In this document: positions 29,571-38,304 of the stretch, piece after piece | Position numbering within the stretch: position 1 is the first letter of the stretch | Layout: each line of letters opens with the position of its first letter | Source: Patescibacteria group bacterium | Lineage (GTDB): Bacteria > Patescibacteriota > Microgenomatia > Curtissbacterales > GWA2-41-24 | Direction: 5' to 3' | NCBI GenBank assembly: GCA_038063735.1 | Contig: JBBTUN010000012.1 | Location: 1,595 to 65,594 of the forward strand | DNA: 64,000 nucleotides | Made by a program: the position numbers and the translations under genes | The notes under the pieces: generated by a model | Database searches by the model: none | Seen by the model: the letters and a program-made list of their open reading frames with translations, nothing else | What the model was told of the DNA's origin: nothing

Positions 29571-30509
29571 TTAAATATTTGTTTTAGAAACAGGCGGTGT
29601 TACTTTTTTGACTTCTTCAACTATTTCCGTCACCTTTTGCTCATTCGTCCCCTTTGGTCCCTCTGCAGCCCTTGACTCATTTGCTTGCCCTGAGCCCGAG
29701 CGAAGGGATACTTTTGATACCTCTTCCCCGCCTGTCACCTTTCCTTTAGCCAGTTCTTCCTTTGCCTTTTCTTTTGCCTGCTCCCCGGCAAGGGCAATCT
29801 TTTGTTGCGCGCTCTTTTTATCAAACGCCTCTTTTCCAACTCGATAAGCGTCAGCTATCGCGTTTGTCACAATCTCGATAGCCTTGATTGCATCATCATT
29901 GCCGGGTACTGGATATGTAATCAAAGAAAGATCGGCATTTGTGTCACAAATTGCAATGGATGGAACTCCCCGCTTAACAGCCTCGCGGCAGGCATTTTCT
30001 TCCCTCTTAACATCAATGACAAAAAGCGCATCGGGAAGCTTGTCCATATTCTCGACTCCACCATAAAAGCGGGTGAGCTTTGCAATATCCCGATCTATCA
30101 AAAGAAGTTCTTTTTTGGTCCTATCGCTAAATTCTCCGGATTCCTTTTTTGTCCTTAAATCTTTAAGCTTTCTAATGTTTTTCGTGGTCTGCTCAAAATT
30201 CGTGAGCAAGCCCCCTATCCAGCGCTCTGCAATGTACATTGCGCCGCTTTTGGTAGCAGCATCTACAACAATACTTCTTGCCTGTTTTTTAGAACCCAAA
30301 AAGATAATCGTTCCGCCGTTTGCCCCGACTTGTTTAACAAATTCACACGCTTCCTCTAACTTTTTAACAGTGTGCGCCAGATCAATTACATGGACTCCAT
30401 CCCGTGCGCCAAAAATAAACTGGCCCATTTTTGGGTTCCACCTGCGAACCTGATGACCAAAATGGACACCAGCCTCCAAAAGTTCCTGCATCGTTGGTAA
30501 CTTACTCAT
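29571..30509 (-). CDS. rpsB: 30S ribosomal protein S2
   Basis: LLEAGVHFGH..RWNPKM and PGNDDAI. Confidence 0.98.
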   Translation of the reverse strand: MSKLPTMQELLEAGVHFGHQVRRWNPKMGQFIFGARDGVHVIDLAHTVKKLEEACEFVKQVGANGGTIIFLGSKKQARSIVVDAATKSGAMYIAERWIGGLLTNFEQTTKNIRKLKDLRTKKESGEFSDRTKKELLLIDRDIAKLTRFYGGVENMDKLPDALFVIDVKREENACREAVKRGVPSIAICDTNADLSLITYPVPGNDDAIKAIEIVTNAIADAYRVGKEAFDKKSAQQKIALAGEQAKEKAKEELAKGKVTGGEEVSKVSLRSGSGQANESRAAEGPKGTNEQKVTEIVEEVKKVTPPVSKTNI

Positions 30510-30574
30510 TTTTTATACAAAACCGGACATTAGAAATTGGAAATTTGAAATTAAAAATTTCTTAATGCCTCCTT

Positions 30575-30628
30575 TAAACCTCCGCCAGGAATATGTGGTC
30601 AAGGAGACGTGCTCCTAGCGTGCGTTAT
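30575..30628 (-). promoter_or_regulatory. Probable rpsB (S2) autoregulatory leader
   Basis: Minus strand reads ACGCA-CGCUAGGA...UCCUGGCG-GAGG, a stem closed before GGAGG in the rpsB 5' UTR, similar in layout to known S2 leaders. Confidence 0.55.
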
Positions 30629-30714
30629 CTCGGGAGAGATTATCACAAAATAGTGGAAAATAGCAACTAGCTGCGTCGCTTAGGTGTTTTTTGCGTATGG
30701 ATTAAGAACAAGCT

Positions 30715-31017
30715 TTAACTTCTTTCTTTACCGTAACACGTCCCGCCTTCGTCACCCATCATAATTTCTGGATCCGGACGGACAGAATCAGGCAGAGGTT
30801 TGGGCAACTGCGACAACATGGCTCTATCCAGCACTATCACCGGAGCCCCATCCATTCCCCTGGTTTTCTTAATAAGGTGTCCCTGTATTCTCTTCGCCTC
30901 TTGAGAGGAGACTGTATCGTTGTGCAGCCCGCCCATGTCCTTATCCGGAGCTATGTCTGACTGCGGTCTATGTCTCGGTCCTTTTAAACTTCTCATGCCA
31001 ATAAAAAAAGCCACCAA
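30715..31017 (-). CDS. Hypothetical protein
   Basis: 100-aa ORF in the gap between thyX and rpsB; start uncertain. Confidence 0.45.
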   Translation of the reverse strand: MVAFFIGMRSLKGPRHRPQSDIAPDKDMGGLHNDTVSSQEAKRIQGHLIKKTRGMDGAPVIVLDRAMLSQLPKPLPDSVRPDPEIMMGDEGGTCYGKERS

Positions 31018-31074
31018 ACTCCGGGGCCAACAAAAGACCAGTCTAACATGCGACAGAAAAAACTGTCAATGTCA

Positions 31075-32775
31075 TCACTTCCTTCTAATAGAACCTTTTG
31101 CAGCTCCTATTTTTCTGTCTATCCTTTTTTCGCTTTCTCTTCTTGCCAAATCATAAGATTTATAATCAACAAACTTAAGCGCAAAAACTAAGCTCGGGTG
31201 GACTTTCTTTACCGCCTCAACTTTTAAATGCTCAACATGTCGGTAGTCCGGATGCCCTTGCGGTCCGGTCCTAAGCTCCGCCTCCCACGCCAGTTCCCGC
31301 AAATTTTCCCACTGGTACCAACGCATTCTATTACCCATCATTACTACGTACTGCGCTTGATCCGGATATTTTTTTGCGATTTTTTTATAAAACTTGTCAA
31401 TTTTATTTGCTGCATCAACATATGGTTTATCAAGCTTTGCCCAAACTAAATCCGGCGGAACATCAAACCCCAACTCTGTTGTAAACCGTTGCCTCTCCTG
31501 CGTCAGCATCCTGTGCCTGTGCAAATCGCGGTAAGCACCAAAGTTTGCAATTATGTCGAATTTATAATAGGTATTTTCAAAAGCGCGCACCAACCGGTGC
31601 TGCCTAACCTGCCGCTTGCCAACAACCTTTTTGATAATTAAAAGTTTTTCCCGCGCAGTTAGCTTTTCAACCTGCTCCTTTATCTGGGAAAACGAAACCG
31701 TCGCGTATTTATATAAAAGGCTCGCCACAATTCTATCTTCGGCATCACTATCCCACTCCACAAGTTCCACATCCTGGGTCTTTGATACATTTGATACCTT
31801 TGATACTTTTGATACCAGTCCCTCTAACGCCTTTTCTGTTTTAGAAACATACTTTTGGTAAATTTTCCCCCGAGGGCTGGTTGCCCTCTCCACCATCGAT
31901 GGGATAACCTGCATCAGTTCCTTTTGGGCCGCTTTTCCAAGTTCCCTGATTTCATAAATAGGAGATGCCAAACATTTGGTTATTACATATTCAAACGCCT
32001 GTCCCACACCAAAAAAGCCAACATTCGTTAAAGTTCCAGCCGGCAAATATGCGCGAAGCACGTCATAGGCTTTAGCGTTTATCGTTTCCCTGTATGCCCT
32101 ATCCGTTTGGTCTTTTCCCTGGACAAACTTTTTTCGGAGTATTTTAGAGAGTGGTTCAAGCGACTGTGAATAACGGGAAAAGAGCATATTCATAAGGCGC
32201 TTATACTCCGCACCATAAGAAGATTTAACAAGATCCGGATCCATAAAACATTGCCACCAGCCGCCAATTTTTGTATTAAAAGCAACATATCGCGTCGATT
32301 TCTCCAAGGGGGCAAAACCAATCCGAAAATCCTCCAAAGTTTTGGTTGCAATCTGCGAAACGCCTTCTAAAAATAAATGCGCACCGGCCATTTGCGCAAT
32401 CGAATCATCGCCATATGCAGCCAACCATCTGGCGAAAAAATCGCGCGCGCGCCTGCTGTTTACAACTGCCTCCCATCCTCCATGGCTATGCAGATAATCA
32501 ACAAAAGAGGTCAGCTCCGTCTTCATCACTTCGGCCTCCCTGATTGATTTCTTTTCCGCACCTTCCAAATTGGGTTCCAAAATCGGCTTTATATACTCGT
32601 CATAAAATAATCGCCTGACACCTTTTGTCGATCTGGAATATCGGGACGCAAGCGCCCCCAAAATTTCACTTGGCAAATACTTTGCAGCAAAAACATTCCT
32701 GTCCAAATTTGTAAAAAAGGGGGAAATGTACCAAGCCTCTTCCTTCGTAAATTTTTCAGCTTGAGAACTAATCAT
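31075..32775 (-). CDS. thyX: FAD-dependent thymidylate synthase (tandem-domain ThyX)
   Basis: SRYSRS, YGDDSIAQ, LEKSTRYV, RDLHRHRM and ELRTGPQGHPDYR. Confidence 0.93.
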   Translation of the reverse strand: MISSQAEKFTKEEAWYISPFFTNLDRNVFAAKYLPSEILGALASRYSRSTKGVRRLFYDEYIKPILEPNLEGAEKKSIREAEVMKTELTSFVDYLHSHGGWEAVVNSRRARDFFARWLAAYGDDSIAQMAGAHLFLEGVSQIATKTLEDFRIGFAPLEKSTRYVAFNTKIGGWWQCFMDPDLVKSSYGAEYKRLMNMLFSRYSQSLEPLSKILRKKFVQGKDQTDRAYRETINAKAYDVLRAYLPAGTLTNVGFFGVGQAFEYVITKCLASPIYEIRELGKAAQKELMQVIPSMVERATSPRGKIYQKYVSKTEKALEGLVSKVSKVSNVSKTQDVELVEWDSDAEDRIVASLLYKYATVSFSQIKEQVEKLTAREKLLIIKKVVGKRQVRQHRLVRAFENTYYKFDIIANFGAYRDLHRHRMLTQERQRFTTELGFDVPPDLVWAKLDKPYVDAANKIDKFYKKIAKKYPDQAQYVVMMGNRMRWYQWENLRELAWEAELRTGPQGHPDYRHVEHLKVEAVKKVHPSLVFALKFVDYKSYDLARRESEKRIDRKIGAAKGSIRRK

Positions 32776-33439
32776 CTAAGCTCATATTCCCGTCACAGAT
32801 TTCTTTCTTCTTCAAAACTTCCAAAACCTCTTTCGCGATTTCACCTTTTGTTTTCGTCCCATCCAAAACGTAAAAAGAGAATTCTTTTGCTTGTTTCAAG
32901 TAATTGTCCCGAACTTTCTCTAAAAAACTTTGCCTCTCAAAAAGTTCTTTTGAACCCCTCGAGCTTTCCATACGCTTCATCGCAACAGAAACAGGGGTAT
33001 CAATTAAAAATGTTGCAGATGGCATCGGAAAATTTTTACCAAGCTCCCGCAGCCACTTACCATCCAAATTCAATTCACCATATGCCAAAGTCGAGAAAAA
33101 GTACCTGTCGGAAATAACAGTTTTCCCTGCGCGGGTAGAAGGCAAAATCAATTTATCCAGATGGTCTGCCCTGTCCGCGCTATACATAAGCTGCAAAGTT
33201 TCCCAAGAAAACTTCAGTTCATGCTTAAGCGCGCGCCTTATTAACTGACCAACTGGGCCATCCGTCGGCTCACAAGTCTTTATAACTTTTTTGCCTTTTG
33301 ATTTTAAGTAATTAAAAAGAAGACCTGTCTGCGTAGTAGAACCCGCTCCATCAATCCCTTCAAAAACAATAAGCGCAGCTTTTCTGCGAATAAATTTACC
33401 GCTCGAATCCTTAGCGGTGTGCGGTTTACTTTTTGCCAT
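32768..33439 (-). CDS. tmk: Thymidylate kinase
   Basis: FEGIDGAGSTTQ, EPT, ADRADH and SDRYFFSTLAY. Confidence 0.95.
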   Translation of the reverse strand: MAKSKPHTAKDSSGKFIRRKAALIVFEGIDGAGSTTQTGLLFNYLKSKGKKVIKTCEPTDGPVGQLIRRALKHELKFSWETLQLMYSADRADHLDKLILPSTRAGKTVISDRYFFSTLAYGELNLDGKWLRELGKNFPMPSATFLIDTPVSVAMKRMESSRGSKELFERQSFLEKVRDNYLKQAKEFSFYVLDGTKTKGEIAKEVLEVLKKKEICDGNMSLDD

Positions 33440-34844
33440 TTGTTGCCTTGTCTATTTTAGAAGCAACAGCAAGGCGTGATCCAGAATATCTGTCAGATCT
33501 CGAACCTTCATACTTCATTTTTACCGGAGCAGCTAATTTTTCAAAAGTAAACGCGCATATTGGCATACCACAATACAATATTGCTGGCTTTGGCCCTAAG
33601 TTCCCGAGCTCCAAAACAGGCGCCCCGTTCCAGCCCGGATCAAACCTTGCAGCCGTCGAATGCACTAAAATTCCAAGCCGGGCAAGCGAACTTTTCCCCT
33701 CAAGCCTGCCCAAAATGTCCGGAGCCAATTTCAAAACTTCAGAAGTCGAAGCAATCGCAAACGCACCCGGTTCCAAAATAAACGGATCGCCGTTGGTAAG
33801 ATTGATTTCTTCCATCGCATCCTCTGGTAAACCACGCCTTGTGTCTATAAACCGATAGGCACCGGACCTAAACAGTTTAATATTCCCACCCAAATGAAAA
33901 TCGATAGAAACCTGGTCGATATTATCTTTCCAGTTGGCGGGCAGCGGCGAAATTTTGATATCGCCTTTCTCTACCGCTTCTTCGATTAACCAGTCCGGCA
34001 ATATACCTGTCATATTTTTACTATTTTCTTGTTGCTTATTCGCAGAAAAGCTCTGCTTATTCGTAGAAAAGCTCTGCTTATCTCTTGTCTCTTGTTGCTT
34101 CTTGCTTATTGCTTGTCTCTTATTCACCATATGGTCATAAACAATCTGGCTCCATGTCTCCATTTTTTTGAAATGGCGACCCAGTTCATCTACGGTCATC
34201 ATTGTACCCGATTTATGCTCGTCTCGGACATTAATTTCACTGCTATCCCCAGACAACATTATTACAAGTCCTACATGCACCAACCCAACATCATTAGCGT
34301 CGTGGTTTAAAATCCCCAAAAACTTAGCCGTATATTTTCCCTTATAATCTATCTCTTCTTCAAACTCCCGCTTTGCCCATTCCATCACTTCATCACCTTT
34401 GATACCTTTGATACTCTTGATACCTTTGACGTCTTTTAGATTTATATGTCCCCCAACACCAATAGAATACATATTAGCCAAGCGTTTATCCGTATGCGTT
34501 CCTTTTCTCTGCATCGCTAAAATTTTCCCACCTGCCTCAAAAATCAAATAAGGAATAACCTGTTTCCACTTGGGGTCACTTTCCACCTCGCCACGTGCCA
34601 TAAACTTATGGCTTTTTGTGATTACTTTTAAATACTTAGGAAGATTTTCAGAGCGTATCCCATTCCAAATCTCGCCGTCAAAAAGTTCCGTCCGCGAAAC
34701 AACCATCACCCGTTCGGCTTCCTTGCCCACCAAAACTTTCTTGACATCCATAGCTTTAGCGACGGATGTAGTGACGGCGGGTTTACCCTGAAGAACTTTC
34801 TTTTGAGATTTTTTCGGCATCAGAATTTTCGGGGCAGAGGTCAA
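33426..34844 (-). CDS. dcd: NUDIX (YmaB/COG4112-like) phosphoesterase fused to dCTP deaminase
   Basis: N-half has ESDPKWKQVIPY, SIGVGGHIN, REFEEEI and VGLVHVG; C-half has GKSSLARLGI, FDPGWNG and ELGNLG. The start may be ATG 34820. Confidence 0.88.
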   Translation of the reverse strand: MTSAPKILMPKKSQKKVLQGKPAVTTSVAKAMDVKKVLVGKEAERVMVVSRTELFDGEIWNGIRSENLPKYLKVITKSHKFMARGEVESDPKWKQVIPYLIFEAGGKILAMQRKGTHTDKRLANMYSIGVGGHINLKDVKGIKSIKGIKGDEVMEWAKREFEEEIDYKGKYTAKFLGILNHDANDVGLVHVGLVIMLSGDSSEINVRDEHKSGTMMTVDELGRHFKKMETWSQIVYDHMVNKRQAISKKQQETRDKQSFSTNKQSFSANKQQENSKNMTGILPDWLIEEAVEKGDIKISPLPANWKDNIDQVSIDFHLGGNIKLFRSGAYRFIDTRRGLPEDAMEEINLTNGDPFILEPGAFAIASTSEVLKLAPDILGRLEGKSSLARLGILVHSTAARFDPGWNGAPVLELGNLGPKPAILYCGMPICAFTFEKLAAPVKMKYEGSRSDRYSGSRLAVASKIDKATNGKK

Positions 34845-34886
34845 ATTTATTGTAAAGGATTTCTCAAAAAAAACTAGCCACCACTT

Positions 34887-35291
34887 TTAGAGTAGTCCCG
34901 AAACACGAATTAAACCTTCACCTATTTCCAACTTACTTACAGAACCGTACGAGTCCTCGCAAATTTGTTCCCCGCGTCTTAACAATTCTTCACCCACACT
35001 AGTAAAATCTCCTCTATCTATATCATCCAAGATTTGTTCCTGCTTCTGTCTTAATTCTCTACAATGTCGTGCAACATTTTCCTTACCTGCCGAGTCATAA
35101 CACTCACCAATCATCAACAGCACATTTGTCCATCCCTCTAACCTGTATAACACATACATACGCACTAAACCGTGCAATTCTTCCCTTGGTGGACTTATCT
35201 TTATAGCCATTTCCCTTTCTAGCGCAACTGTCATTACGCTTTTTCTAGAAATAGCATCATCCAATTGGAGCAGCCTCAAACGATCTGTCAT
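34887..35291 (-). CDS. Hypothetical protein
   Basis: 134-aa ORF directly downstream of topA. Confidence 0.55.
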   Translation of the reverse strand: MTDRLRLLQLDDAISRKSVMTVALEREMAIKISPPREELHGLVRMYVLYRLEGWTNVLLMIGECYDSAGKENVARHCRELRQKQEQILDDIDRGDFTSVGEELLRRGEQICEDSYGSVSKLEIGEGLIRVSGLL

Positions 35292-35300
35292 CTCGCGATT

Positions 35301-37430
35301 TTACTCCACTTTTTTATCAGATTGCAATTCTTCTTTTCTTTCAATGTTTGATACCTTTGATTTATCCTGAGATTTATCGAAGGACTCGTTTGCTTGCCCT
35401 GAATCTTTTTGAAGGGATACTTTTGATACTTCTCCCTCTGGCTTTGTCCAACTTGCAAAAGTACAATTAGGATAATTGGCGCATCCCCAAAATGGCCTTC
35501 CCCGCTTTGTCCGCTTCATAACAACCTGCCCACCATCCACGGGACAAACAAGCCCGGTCTCTTCGTTCAAAGCCTTCGTATTTTTACAATCAGGAAATCC
35601 GCTGCAAGCCAAAAACTTTCCGTACTTTCCATAGCGTACAACCATAGGCTTGCCACATCTTTCGCAAACATCACCCGTTTCTTCAACTTCTACCTTCATT
35701 TTCTCTGCCTCTTCGGCGACTCTATCTACCTTTTCCTCAAACGGTTTCCAAAACTTCTCCATTAGCTGCGGCATCTCGAGTTTTCCAAGTGCAATATCGT
35801 CAAGTCCGTTTTCCATATCTGCTGTAAACGAGTAATCGATAATATCGCCAAAATATTTTTCCAAAAACTCTATCGTTGTCTTGCCAATAGGCGTTGGCCC
35901 AATTTTCTTGCCTTCCAGCCTTTCGATATAAAGCCTGTCGTACAAAGTAGAAATTGTCGGCGCGTAAGTAGAAGGCCTGCCGATTCCATGCTTTTCCAAA
36001 TCGCGAATAAGAGTTGCCTCTCCGTATCTTGCCGGCGGCTCTGTAAACTTTTGCTGCGGATTAATATTCTTAAAGTCCAGCGGTTCGTCCTTTGCCAAGT
36101 CTGGCAAAACCTGCTCGGTAATCGGCGCTTTGGCATAAACCCTGTACCATCCGTCAAACTTTATTTTCTGACCATTCACCCGAAGCAAATAACTTTTTGC
36201 TTTTTGCTTTTTGCCTTTTGCTTCTACATCTACCGCCGTTTCGTCAACAACTGCTTCTGCCATCTGGCAAACAACCATCCTTTTCCAGATCAACTCATAC
36301 AATTTCCTTTCATCCTGACTTATCACTTGCTTGCCCTGAGCTTGATCGAAGGGTAACTTGTCACTTGTCACTTCTATACTCGTTGGTCTTATCGCTTCAT
36401 GTGCTTCCTGCGCAAGTTTGGATTTTATTTTGTATGCCCGTGACTTTGGCGGTAAATAATTTTTTCCATACTTTGCTTCTATAAATTTACGCACGGCGCT
36501 AACCGCTGCCGGCGCCAAATTAACAGAATCGGTTCTCATATAAGTAATCAAACCGTTTTCGTAGAGGCTTTGGGCAACACTCATCGTTCGCTTTGGCACA
36601 AAACCCAAAACATTTGCGGCCCGCTGTTGCAGCGTAGAGGTAGTAAAAGGCGGATTAGGATATTTTTTAACCTCTTTAGATTCAACGGAGGCAACAGTGT
36701 ACTTTGCAGTTTTTAAATCTGCGACAACTTCATCCGCCTGCTTTTGATTTTTAACACTCGCCTTTTTCCCGTCAACTTTCTGAAGTGTCACCGTAAAGAT
36801 TTCACCCTCCAACACCTTTGATACCTCTACCTCAACCACCCAATATTCCTCGCTCTTAAACCCCTCTATCTCCCGTTCGCGCTCAACAACCAACCGCAAA
36901 GCAACAGATTGCACCCTACCAGCGCTGAGTCTACTTTTAACTTTTTTCCAAAGTAGTGGCGAAAGTTTATAACCGACAAGCCTGTCCAGCACCCTTCTTG
37001 CTTGCTGCGCCTCAACTAAATTCTGGTCGATACTTCGCGGATGCCCAAAAGCAGCAAGCACCGCATCTTTTGTAATTTCATGGAAAACTACCCGCTGCAC
37101 ATTTCGCTTAGATGCCGGAGTTTTAGATTTTGCGTCTATTACCTTTAAGAGATTCCAGGCTATTGCTTCGCCTTCGCGGTCAGGATCCGGTGCAAGGTAT
37201 AAATGACTAACACCTTCCGTCGATTTAACCAGCTGGTTAACCATTTTTATTTTGTTTTTAGGAATTACGTATTTAGGTTTAAAACCATGATCCACATCTA
37301 CCCCAAACTCACCTTTGGGCAAATCCCGAACGTGTCCCATAGAAGCAATAATCTGGTAATCTTTCCCCAAAAACTGACTTAACGTACGAGCTTTGGTTGG
37401 GCTTTCTACTATTACAAGATTTTTTGACAT
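35301..37430 (-). CDS. topA: DNA topoisomerase I
   Basis: LVIVESPTKA, DPDREGEAI, SAGRVQS, ITYMRTDS and C-terminal zinc ribbons; start at MSKNL. Confidence 0.98.
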   Translation of the reverse strand: MSKNLVIVESPTKARTLSQFLGKDYQIIASMGHVRDLPKGEFGVDVDHGFKPKYVIPKNKIKMVNQLVKSTEGVSHLYLAPDPDREGEAIAWNLLKVIDAKSKTPASKRNVQRVVFHEITKDAVLAAFGHPRSIDQNLVEAQQARRVLDRLVGYKLSPLLWKKVKSRLSAGRVQSVALRLVVEREREIEGFKSEEYWVVEVEVSKVLEGEIFTVTLQKVDGKKASVKNQKQADEVVADLKTAKYTVASVESKEVKKYPNPPFTTSTLQQRAANVLGFVPKRTMSVAQSLYENGLITYMRTDSVNLAPAAVSAVRKFIEAKYGKNYLPPKSRAYKIKSKLAQEAHEAIRPTSIEVTSDKLPFDQAQGKQVISQDERKLYELIWKRMVVCQMAEAVVDETAVDVEAKGKKQKAKSYLLRVNGQKIKFDGWYRVYAKAPITEQVLPDLAKDEPLDFKNINPQQKFTEPPARYGEATLIRDLEKHGIGRPSTYAPTISTLYDRLYIERLEGKKIGPTPIGKTTIEFLEKYFGDIIDYSFTADMENGLDDIALGKLEMPQLMEKFWKPFEEKVDRVAEEAEKMKVEVEETGDVCERCGKPMVVRYGKYGKFLACSGFPDCKNTKALNEETGLVCPVDGGQVVMKRTKRGRPFWGCANYPNCTFASWTKPEGEVSKVSLQKDSGQANESFDKSQDKSKVSNIERKEELQSDKKVE

Positions 37431-37439
37431 AATTATTTT

Positions 37440-37476
37440 AGGTATCAAAAGTCACAAAAGTATCATAAGTATCAAA
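37440..37476 (+). repeat. 9-bp tandem array (GTATCAAAA-type), one arm of the inverted pair flanking the four-helix-bundle gene
   Basis: ggtatcaaa agtcacaaa agtatcata agtatcaaa. Confidence 0.8.
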
Positions 37477-37485
37477 TGAAAACAA

Positions 37486-37842
37486 CTAGAAAGAGTTGGA
37501 ATACTTATTTAGAAGATACCCCACTTCCCCTTTCTTTAGGTCAAGAACTTTATACTCCCCCTGCAGAACAAAACCCAACTCTAGTGAAACCTCAAGGTCT
37601 GATTCTAATTCGAAAAGAGATCCAACTGCAATCTCCAAAAATCTTTTCTTATCAAGTTTTGACCTCCTGGAATAACCCTCAGCAATATTAGAAAGCACAG
37701 AAACTGCTGCTCTTCTCATCTGACTTTTCAGACCAAACTCTTCACTTTTTGGAAACTTTGTCGTCACATTGTAAACCATTACAACCAAGTCTTTAGCTCT
37801 TTGCCAAACAATAAGCTTCTGATAACCCTTCGGTTCACTCAT
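37486..37842 (-). CDS. Four-helix-bundle protein (23S rRNA intervening-sequence protein / Avd-like family)
   Basis: YQKLIVWQRA..FPKSEEFGLKSQMRRAAVSVLSNIAEG..FLEIAVGSLFEL, the family signature. Confidence 0.93.
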   Translation of the reverse strand: MSEPKGYQKLIVWQRAKDLVVMVYNVTTKFPKSEEFGLKSQMRRAAVSVLSNIAEGYSRRSKLDKKRFLEIAVGSLFELESDLEVSLELGFVLQGEYKVLDLKKGEVGYLLNKYSNSF

Positions 37843-37867
37843 TTTCTTTATTATACATTTGCAGGCG

Positions 37868-37976
37868 TTTGATACCTTTGATACTCTTGACCCCTTTTGT
37901 ACTTTTCTAACTTTTGTCCCTTGATATACAAACTCACTTTTGATACCTTTGATACGTTTGACGCCCTTGATACTTT
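37868..37976 (+). repeat. 9-bp tandem arrays (TTTGATACC-type), opposite arm flanking the four-helix-bundle gene
   Basis: tttgatacc tttgatact cttgacccc ... tttgatacc tttgatacg tttgacgcc cttgatact. Confidence 0.85.
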
Positions 37977-37983
37977 CTTAAAT

Positions 37984-38304
37984 ATGGCCACCATTGACGA
38001 TTTCCAAAAATTGGCAATAAAAATCGGCACTATTCGCTCTGCGGAAAAAGTAGCAGGTTCCAGCAAACTCTTAAAGCTAGACATTGACCTTGGCCATGAA
38101 AAACGCCAAATCTTAGCTGGCATTGGTGAAAAGTACGACCCTAAAGATCTTAAAGGCAAACAAATCCCAATTTTGGCAAACCTGGATCCAAGAATGATGA
38201 TGGGCCTGGAATCAAACGGTATGATTTTGGCAGTCGACGTAAATGGCGAGCCGGTACTCTTGCACCCCGATGAAAAAATCGCCAACGGCACCCAAGTCAG
38301 ATAA
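37984..38304 (+). CDS. tRNA-binding OB-fold protein (MetG C-terminal/CsaA/Trbp111)
   Basis: TIDDFQKLAIKIG..KLLKLDIDLG..RQILAGI..NL.PR.MMGLESNGMIL. Confidence 0.92.
   Translation: MATIDDFQKLAIKIGTIRSAEKVAGSSKLLKLDIDLGHEKRQILAGIGEKYDPKDLKGKQIPILANLDPRMMMGLESNGMILAVDVNGEPVLLHPDEKIANGTQVR

Noticed and set aside
37486-37842. Diversity-generating retroelement (Avd-like gene)
   Set aside because: No reverse transcriptase and no TR/VR pair differing at adenines is visible in the window.
37851-38291. 146-aa minus-strand ORF containing VSKVSKVS
   Set aside because: It is the antisense shadow of the tRNA-binding gene extended through the repeat array. The 5' extension of 37897-38304 (FDTFDTFD) is likewise repeat read-through.
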